Below, piece after piece: positions 28,720 through 37,500 of a DNA stretch of 64,000 nt (the first letter of the stretch is position 1; each line of letters opens with the position of its first letter). The position numbers and the translations under genes are program-made. Origin of the DNA: Candidatus Omnitrophota bacterium (GTDB taxonomy: Bacteria; Omnitrophota; Gorgyraeia; Zapsychrales; JBDRMG01). The notes beneath the pieces were generated by a model, which saw only the letters and a program-made list of their open reading frames with translations, did no database searches and was not told where the DNA came from. The stretch lies in the NCBI GenBank assembly GCA_043812495.1, contig JBDRMG010000016.1:2137-66136 (forward strand). Direction: 5' to 3'.

Positions 28720-29745
28720 CTACGATTTGATAGCTGCTAAAAGTTCTTTCTTGGCAACAGGCACAGCCCCTGTCTTAGCGACAACAATGCCGGCCGCATA
28801 ATTCGAAAGATCCGCCGCTTCTTTTTTCGTCGCTCCGGCCGTGAGGCTAAGCGTAAAGACAGAAATCACCGTATCCCCGGCACCTGAAACATCGAAGACT
28901 TCTCGGGCTTTGGTATTGATATGGACCGGTTTCTTGCCTTTTTCAAATAGACGCATGCCAAGCTCGCCCAGAGTAATCAATAGAGAATCCAAATTCAGAT
29001 ACTTCACTAAAGCGCTTCCGGCGCTATCAATATCTTGATCTTTTTCCAGCTTCAGAGCGGAAACGGCCAGGCGTCGTCCGGCATGGTGCGTCATTTTAAT
29101 ATTCTGGATGGCGTTTTCGGTTTCTTTTTTATTGGGCGTAATCGCGGTCACGCCGTTATAATAGCGAAAATGCTCCACCTTGGGATCAACGGTAAAAATT
29201 TTCTTTTTCTGAATCGCTAAGGTGCACGCCTGGGTCACCAAAAGAGGCGTGATTATACCCTTTCCGTAATCAGAAATGATGATAGCATCGCATTTCGGGA
29301 TTTGATCTTTTAAAAATTTGAGAATCTTTTGGCTGAGAAGTCCCTCGTCTTGATCCTTGATTTTTTCCCGGTCAATTCGGACAACCTGTTGATGCTGGGC
29401 GATGATACGCGTTTTCATCGAGGTCGGTATTCTTCTGTCGACAAAAACACCGCGCGCGGAAACCTTGTTTTTCTTAAGCTCGCGCAGAAGGATCTTGCCT
29501 TCGGCGTCCGAGCCGATTCTTCCCGCTAAAATAGCCTCTGCTCCAAGGCTGCTTAGGTTGCTGGCCACATTCGCCGCACCTCCTACCATAAAAGCCGAAC
29601 GGCCTTCTTGGAGCACAACGGGCACAGGGGCTTCGGGAGAAATGCGGGAAACCGTTCCACGGATATACTGATCCAAAATAATATCGCCGATCACAAGGAT
29701 CCGCTTTCCCTTAAACTTGGAAATAAGCTGCGTGTAACGTTCCAT
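28720..29745 (-). CDS. rfaE1: D-glycero-beta-D-manno-heptose-7-phosphate kinase (stand-alone RfaE domain I / HldA)
   Basis: RISPEAPVPVV, GGAANVA, SDYGKG, TPN..E, DVSGAGDTV. Confidence 0.95.
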   Translation of the reverse strand: MERYTQLISKFKGKRILVIGDIILDQYIRGTVSRISPEAPVPVVLQEGRSAFMVGGAANVASNLSSLGAEAILAGRIGSDAEGKILLRELKKNKVSARGVFVDRRIPTSMKTRIIAQHQQVVRIDREKIKDQDEGLLSQKILKFLKDQIPKCDAIIISDYGKGIITPLLVTQACTLAIQKKKIFTVDPKVEHFRYYNGVTAITPNKKETENAIQNIKMTHHAGRRLAVSALKLEKDQDIDSAGSALVKYLNLDSLLITLGELGMRLFEKGKKPVHINTKAREVFDVSGAGDTVISVFTLSLTAGATKKEAADLSNYAAGIVVAKTGAVPVAKKELLAAIKS

Positions 29746-29834
29746 GGGGACCTTCTTTCTTAGAGAAAAATCGGAATAAAAAGGTTACGGATAACGGCGA
29801 GAATCTTTTTTCTTTTTATTCGAAACAAGCGTTA

Positions 29835-29863
29835 ATTTTAGCATAGTTTAAATTGGTCGTCAA
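29835..29863 (-). promoter_or_regulatory. Putative sigma70 promoter of the hldA-kds-lpt operon
   Basis: TTGACG-17 bp-TAAAAT with TG extended -10. Confidence 0.6.
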
Positions 29864-30006
29864 CTGCTTCTAACATATACTAATAAAAGAATTTCCGACT
29901 AGATTTATAGGCTAGGAGACGTTGTTTAAAGTATTGAATTTTTCCATTGGGAAGAAGGGATGTTGATTAAAATATTAAAGTTGGCTCCGGAAATTACTTT
30001 AATACT

Positions 30007-30140
30007 TTAATCTTCGTCCCTCAAAAAACCTAATTGCGGGGATTCTGATGTATCTTCCGAAAGACCTAACAAAAGCGGCAGGTTGGCGGGAACGATTTGA
30101 AAAATAACCGGCGCAAAGCCGTCGATTTTGATGGTATGAA
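30007..30140 (-). pseudogene. Orphan fragment encoding a paralogous copy of the giant protein's C-terminal motif
   Basis: Translates to TIKIDGFAPVIFQIVPANLPLLLGLSEDTSESPQLGFLRDED*; gap-free match of 30022-30134 to 31520-31632 (about 94/113 nt, manual count). Confidence 0.85.
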
Positions 30141-30302
30141 TCCCCGCGGGCAAGTCCCTGGTTCCATTTTTATTACGTGAGCTTCACTCACGAAAAACCT
30201 TTGGCAACCCACCACGGGTAAACCCGTGGTCTGTCTTTTCGCAATTATGAGCGGATCTATTCTGCGAAGCTGCAACGTGAAAACTTTGCAGCGGAGCAGA
30301 AT
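30141..30302. repeat. Cluster of hairpins resembling IS200/IS605 or REP-type ends
   Basis: Perfect accacgggt-aa-acccgtggt 30211-30230, degenerate relative ~30143-30161, cgtgag/ctcacg 30176-30192, attctgc..gctgcaa/ttgcagc..gcagaat 30259-30302. Confidence 0.6.
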
Positions 30303-30362
30303 CAATGAACCACTCTCAAATATGCCTGGAGATACAAAAATGGTGGCGTATTATTCTTTGCA

Positions 30363-30773
30363 TTATTTCTGAATCACTATGGATTTTATCCAATTCAGAA
30401 ACCTCTCTGCGTGTTTTGATAAATTAACCGCTTCTCTTTGGGTGATTAACCTCTGATCATATTCCACAACGCTCTTCATGGAAACAAGATGCCGTAAATG
30501 GTTCATGTTTTCATCCGCAGCTTTATGTTTTACCAAGCTTGAAAAAAGCTTAAGAATATCATCGTGTTTGGGGCTGATACTTCTTATCCCATGCAAAGCA
30601 ACTAATAAGGCATCTGCGGAAGATATTCCGGCATGGATGGCATTTAAGCCCGCGGCATTCCATTTTCCCCTACCCAGGCTCTCTTGCGCACTTGAGAGAA
30701 ATTCCTCAGCCTTTTTTAGGTAGTTAATATAATCCGACTTGGGTAAATGTGCGGTTCTTATTTTTTTAACCAT
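30363..30773 (-). CDS. HEPN-domain protein (putative toxin or partner of MNT)
   Basis: YLKKAEEFL.SA..SL..G.WNAA..NAIHA.I..ADALL, RSISPKH, KS.VEY; overlaps the MNT gene stop. Confidence 0.85.
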   Translation of the reverse strand: MVKKIRTAHLPKSDYINYLKKAEEFLSSAQESLGRGKWNAAGLNAIHAGISSADALLVALHGIRSISPKHDDILKLFSSLVKHKAADENMNHLRHLVSMKSVVEYDQRLITQREAVNLSKHAERFLNWIKSIVIQK

Positions 30774-31392
30774 TGTAAGTGATTAATTCAGCTACGCTTT
30801 TGCCATAAATGACTTTACCCGTTCGGATAATCTCTTTGAGAAAACGGTCCTCTTTTTTTAATTTTCTCTGAAATTCATCTATCCTGAATGATGAGCATGC
30901 CAAGTGATTCCCAAAAAGCACAGTTATTTTCTTTTCCGCCTTGGACAGTTGCCTGGCGAGAAGTGCCTTGTCTGTTGGATAAGGGGCAATAATAGCCATA
31001 TCGATATCGCTGTCTGCGGAAGCATTTCCTTTGGCGAAGCTGCCAAAGAGAATAATGCTCAAGGGCCGTATAGATTTTATTGCCCTTAAAATAATCCTGG
31101 CAATATGTTCAAAGACGTGACTCTCTTTTTCAAAAGCCGGCCGGATAATTTCTTTAACCAAGAAATGCTCCTCGTTCAGCCAGTAAACAAGAGAATTACC
31201 CAGGGAACGCATGTTCACTATGCCGTGGCTGGTTAAATCCTTCAAAGCCGTGTGCGCTTTGACATGGGATATTCCGATATTCTTGGCAATCTCCCGCCCG
31301 TTCATCTGGGCTTGAACATTGATAAGGAAACGAAGTATTTTTACCTTTGAAGTCTGTCCAAAAATATCATCAAGCGGCCTGTTTAACAGCAC
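30766..31392 (-). CDS. HTH plus minimal nucleotidyltransferase (MNT) protein
   Basis: HTH GREIAKNIGISH; IILFGSFAKG...SDIDMAII; GTG start after AGGAGG. Confidence 0.88.
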   Translation of the reverse strand: MLLNRPLDDIFGQTSKVKILRFLINVQAQMNGREIAKNIGISHVKAHTALKDLTSHGIVNMRSLGNSLVYWLNEEHFLVKEIIRPAFEKESHVFEHIARIILRAIKSIRPLSIILFGSFAKGNASADSDIDMAIIAPYPTDKALLARQLSKAEKKITVLFGNHLACSSFRIDEFQRKLKKEDRFLKEIIRTGKVIYGKSVAELITYNG

Positions 31393-31438
31393 ACTCTGCC
31401 TCCTTTATATGGTAACTTTTATTAACATTCGGTATTTA

Positions 31439-31467
31439 TTATTACCATGTAAATTGTCTCTTGTCAA
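31439..31467 (-). promoter_or_regulatory. Putative promoter of the MNT-HEPN pair
   Basis: TTGACA-17 bp-TAATAA preceded by TGG. Confidence 0.5.
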
Positions 31468-31513
31468 GGTCTTTATTTGAGCTTTTTTCGTGTTTCGAGA
31501 TGCGACCGGTATC

Positions 31514-34500
31514 TTATCGCAAAAGACCCAACTGCGGGGATTCTAATTCGTCTTCTGAAAGGTCTAATAAAAGCGGCAGATTGGTGGGAACGATTTGAAA
31601 AATCACCGGGCTAAAGCCGCCGATTTGGATGGATTGGATAGATTGAGGATCGATTGGTATGCTAAAATCTACTCCCGCGCCTTGAGTTTGGAGTTCTAAT
31701 ATATTTGGATTGAGGTCAATACCGCCGACCTTCTCTGCTGCGATATGGTCTTGCCCTTCAACAATAACTCTATCTAATTGTTCTGCCTGTACGAAATCTT
31801 CCTGCGCTTCGTCAACTGATCCAGAATTCCCTCGGTCAAATAAAGCCTGTCCAGTTGCAAAGAAACGCATAATATTAAGCAACTCATTCGGCATTTCAAT
31901 ATGATTCATTTCAAGAATATGAAAGAACCACAACAATTTTTGTCCAACACTGTTTTTTGATTGCAACACTTGAGTGACCAGTTCGTTCCGGATATCTCTA
32001 TTCAATGTGCCACCGAGCTCTTGAATTATATTTTCCAAAACATCCTTTTGGCTATCGCGGACGGCCACCATTAATTTTCCCAGCAACCGCCGATTATTTT
32101 TGTTAAGTCCAAAAGATGCTCCTGCATCAATCAAAACAATACGAACTCGACCGTTCTCGCCCTTCTGTATCAAAATATTTCCCAAGTGAGGGTCTCCGTG
32201 ATAAAAGCCCTCATAGAAAATTTCCCGTAATAGTTCATTGGCCACAGCCAATTCGACATCCTTCTGATCAACCCCTGACTCCTGCACGCGTGCTTCATTC
32301 GACAATTTAATACCATCAATGTATTCCATAACAATTAGTGAATTGTTAAAGACCTCAATTATCTGCGGAACATAAAATTCATAGTCCCCTCTTACCTCTC
32401 CCAATCGAGTGTCACCAAATAATTTCTTTAAAGAAAACTCCTTAATTCTCTTCAATACGGTTCGCTGAACCCGGGAACCTAATTCGGCCGTATTCTTTGC
32501 CTCCTGCTCAAAATCCAGTTCTTGCCGAAACCCTTCTTCTAGCTGTGAAATGAAATTATCCGGTATAACAATTCCTTCCTCCACAAAAGCCGAACGTAAG
32601 TCATCATCGAAGACATCCTTCAAAAACTTCATGTCGGCCTCAATAGTCTTATCGACTTCGGATCGTTTAACTTTGATAGCCACTATTCTGCCATCGCGCA
32701 TCTTGGCTCGATAAACGCCAGCAATTTTTGCACTGCCCAAAGGTTCTTCAATGCTCTCAAACTGTCCCGTCAAATCAAATTTTTCCAACATATCAAAGAC
32801 CACTCCTTTATCCATCCTGCGAGCACTGTCTTGAACCAGCGACAATTCATCCCGCATAACCGGAGTGACCCACAAAGAACGAGCCAAAACTTGTGCCAGT
32901 TGGCGACCGACTAATCCAAGCGACTCCAGAAACATACGCACTGCACGAGCCTCTTGCCTCTCCGGAGTGATGTTTGGCTGACCAGCTTGCATTTCACCAC
33001 GCTGTAAGGACAAAGTCCAGGCTAACGAAAGAAAAATTTCCTCACGGCGAGATTGGTCAGCTTTCTCAAAAACCTTATCAAAGACTTTTTTTAGAACGCT
33101 CTTATTCGGACCATCTTTGATTAGGAAATCAAACATGCCGTCCAGCAAATTTGACATGGCTGTGGGATCATTAAAAATGCCTTTTTCGCCATATAGAAAC
33201 GGCTCCAGAGCCTCCCGTTGTGACGACTGACCAGCCAAAGGATAATATTTGCTCTGCCTTCGGCCAAAATCTTCTCGCATGCTATCTGCATTAACGTGGA
33301 AATTATATTCGAAATCAATAAGGAAAAACGGCTTCTCGTCTGTGATGCCCATAAGCCAAAGAAGAAGATGCGCTTTCTCAGTTGGGCTGCGATCCTTCAT
33401 CCATGCGCGAAATACATCAGCATGCATTGCCGTTCGCGCCGTTTCTTTAAGATCCAAATCTTTGGTCTTTTTGAACGGATCAAGATAAAGCGCTCTGACC
33501 TGCTCGTATTGCTCACGCGTCTTTGTCAAGAATTGTGCTGTCTCTGAAAGAATATCATCCCTGATTAACGAAGCTTCTGGGAAGAATCTCTGAATTTTCT
33601 GAAGAACATCATCCAACGTTCCAAATTCTTCAGGATGTTCCGTGCGATATTGATCAAAGACGCCTAACGCCAGATTATCCCGCAATTCGCGGTTATGAAC
33701 CATCGCCAGCAGTTTTTCAATCTCATCGACGGTCTTGTCTCGACCCTCAGCCTGAATTGCCTCTTTAATCCATTTGTCCCTTACCAATGATGATTGCGGA
33801 TAATACTTTTCAATAGATTCTCTTTTAGAAGCCAATGATAACTCTGAAAAACCGATGATGTTTCTCATTTCCTCTTCGGCCAAACGGCTAACAAACACAT
33901 ATAATTGAGCAACGGGTCCTCCCGGATTAGAATAAATCATATCATCGTAATCACCACTCTCCTGATTATGCTCTTGGCGAATAGCAGTCTCATCTAATTG
34001 AGGAGCATTTTTGGAGTATCGATCTCTCCAATAGGCCGCCACAGTTGCTTCATTAGACTTTTCCATAATTCCATCATGAACAAAATATGGCGCGATTGCC
34101 GCTATGGCCGATAAAACACCCGCTCTTTCATCTGTCGATAGCCCGGCAAGATGCATCTGCATCCTTTTAATATCAAAAATTGCGTCGTTATGGCCAGTAT
34201 ATCCGGCCTGATTAATAAGCACCCGATTGACGAAAAGCATATAAAGAACAAAATTTTTGAATACTGATGGCGGCATCTCTCGAACTACCACATCAACAGC
34301 CTCCTCGTAATCTGCAGGAAGCAAAGCGATAAAATCAAATAACCGCATAAAATCATCAAAGGCAATTTCCTCTCTCATGAAGCGAACCGCGTTCCTAGGT
34401 CGTTGCTTAGTGGCTTGTTTGGTATAGTCAGCCTCTTCAGAAACCCCCTTGCCTGAAATGTCTCCGGCAAATACACGCCAAACACTACTCCCAAGCCTGA

Positions 34501-37500
34501 CATCATCCTCTTTAAGTCTCACGTCATAACCAAGCTCCACGAACAGTGCCTGCAAATAAACCGGCGCCGTATACTTTCCAAAGGCCTCTTCTTGCTGTTC
34601 CGGTGTTGAATCTTTTTCAGATAATAATTGACCAATCGAATGGCGATTACGCTCCAGTAACTCCTTGATCAAGCCAAATTCATCGTTGTTAACATTTTCG
34701 ATTCTCCGTTCAGGATTAATCTCATTCCAACGATCAAAAATCTTGAGCCGATCCTTGTTAGATAAAGCATTATATCGTTCTGATAAATCTTCTTCATCAT
34801 AAACTGGACGCTCAGGCTCGGCGTTTTTGATAAAGGAAATAATTTGTGGATCAGAAAACATGCTTCCCTTTTTTTCTCTAACACGCAATGCACCGAAAAT
34901 AAAATTTCTCAAATTCTTTCCTTCCGGGATTCCCCCCCCCAGGGCAATAACATAAAAAATTGGTCTTAATTCGCGTCGTGTCCTCTCAATTAAAGGCCTA
35001 AACTCCTTGGGTATATGCTCAAAAAGAACTCTTTCAAAAGCATCACCAGTAAACATTTGACTATCTCCACGTGCCCTTAGCCAAAGATCGCGGAAAATAC
35101 CCAAATCATTATTGATGTGTTCTTCTCTAAATTTCGTGAAAATCTTTTGATGCACAAGAACAAGCTCTTCAGAAGAAACTTTGTTGGCTTTTGCATGCGC
35201 GGCTTCAACAAAAACTTTCAATACATTCTGCATATTCTTAACAATGTTTTTATTCGCCAATAAACTGTCCAAGTATTCTATCCTGCTTCCCAGAAAGACG
35301 ATGCCTTGGCCTTCCTTAAATAGAGTTTGTATATCCAACTTTATAAACTCGGCTCTTAATGAATTCCACCCATCATCCCGACGTAAAAGCCAGTCCATAA
35401 GTTCCTTCTTTGCGTCAGGAGAAGTATTGCGAGCAAGTTTGTATAATTCCTCGGCAAGTCCGTCCGCTTTTAATGCATAATTGACCTTGGTCCCTAAAAT
35501 TTCATAAACACGAATCAGGAGCCTGATGTCTTCTGATTCTAACTGACTTCGATAAACAGTGGATGAAGTCAAGACTGATGCCATTTGACTTAACGGTTCA
35601 GCAAATAAATAACCTTTGAAGTACCCTTGTGAATCCTGCATATCTATCAAGTCAGTAAGAAAATGGCGGGCCTGTTCTAATGTCAGTTTGCCTTGCTGGG
35701 CATCCTTAACCATTCTTATATACAATCCATACAGGAAGCCGCTGGCATAGTGCTTAAATCGATCACTCGCACGCCTTGGCCCTTTCATAGGAAGGACATA
35801 AGAATCGAGCCTTGAAAGAACTCTTTTAGCTTGTTCATGTCGATCATTCATCTTTTGTTTCTCCACATCAATTGACATAGAGAAAATACCCGGAACGCCT
35901 AGTTCATAAATTTGAACGATCGTTTCAGGGGATAATAACTGACCAAGGCCAAGAAAAGAATTCATGTCTGAGCTTAAATCTTCTCTCTTTAGTCCAAGCA
36001 TCACATAGATTTCATCCCTCATATATTTAAATAAAACTTGTTTGGCTTCATCCTCACCGGAAAATTCTTTTATCCGTTGTTCAAATACCGTTTGAGCTAG
36101 AAGATAAAATTGCTTTTCAGTATCAGGTAAAACCTCATAACCAATCAACATCGCAAAATGCAATTCTTCAATTGTCTTTGCCTCATTCAATAAGGATATG
36201 AGATTCGATGTGTTTGTAACATTGATAACTCTTTCTTGAAATTCTCTAAATCGCGTTCTTTGTTGAGAAAGGGGAACAGATTTTAATGCCGTAGGCGGGA
36301 CGTCTTGATTCTGCCAGTGATATGTCAGGATCTGGTGCTGCAACTTTCTTAAACGTTCTTCTATTTGGGGGTGAGTGCCCCAAAAAGCGTCACGTTCGCC
36401 GCGTGCCGTCAGCCAATGCTCTATGCCAGCAAGAATATGTGGCGCCGACCTAACTGAAAAACCAGCTCTGTCCATCAACCACAAAGCTAATAAGTCACTC
36501 TGATATTCCTTGCCTCGATCTTCCGCATGACGATCTATCAATCTTTTCTTTTCATCAAACCGACCTTCATCAATTTCGCGACGGTTCTGCATAATATGCA
36601 AAATTTCATGAGACAAAACCCAAGCTAACGCATCTTGCGTTACATCAAGATTATTAGTGCTCGCATATTCCGTGAGCATACGAATAAGCCCCAAATTAAC
36701 TACGATAGTATTATAATAATTCACGACATAGGCATTAGGATCAGTCGTATCCGCGAGGAAAAATTGAAATTCTTGTGGGTTCAGTCCCTGAGCAATTAAT
36801 AATCGGTCTATAACACTACGTACCTCATCATATAACGTCTGAAACTGCTCGAAATCTTCCTTCCCAGGAGCAATGAAGCGATCAACGACATCCTTTTGTT
36901 TCAGAAACTTTTCTTTACGATCAACGTCTCGGTTATATTCGCTCTGAGATTTTAAAGGTGTCCCCGGAATAGTTTTTCCAACCTTTTTCCTGTCCGATAC
37001 AGGAACTCTTCGGATGCTAGGACTGATTATATCCCTTCTCGCAACCTCATATTCTTGCCGGGCGGTTTCTTGATCAATCTGCTGATCGCCGGCCCGTAAT
37101 CTCTGGCGTGCGTTATTGTGGGCGATAATCCAATGCTTCCCTGCTTTTCTTTCCTGAACTTCCTCTCGCTCAAGGTCAAGCTGCTGATCAATTTCACTTT
37201 CAAAGACAATGATTTTCCAAATCTCGTCTGTGCCTTTAAAGTTAATCGCCTGAACGCCACCCTTCGGATCCATGACCCATCTTTGAATGGCTTTTCCTAA
37301 ATCCGTTTCCTTAACCGCATCTGAAATGACAAAAACGCGGACATCGTTTTCTTCATCCATTGTCTCAGCAATTAATCCTTGTTGTTCGAGATGGCCTAAA
37401 ATAAACTCTAGAATTTGATCTTCAGTGGCATCATTTGCAACTTCGGGAACATTCTCACTCCTAGCCAGAATATTTATTAACCTACGAAAGCGGTCTAGAT

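Noticed and set aside
30066-30305. 79-aa minus-strand ORF
   Set aside because: Runs through hairpins and is out of frame with the conserved C-terminal remnant.
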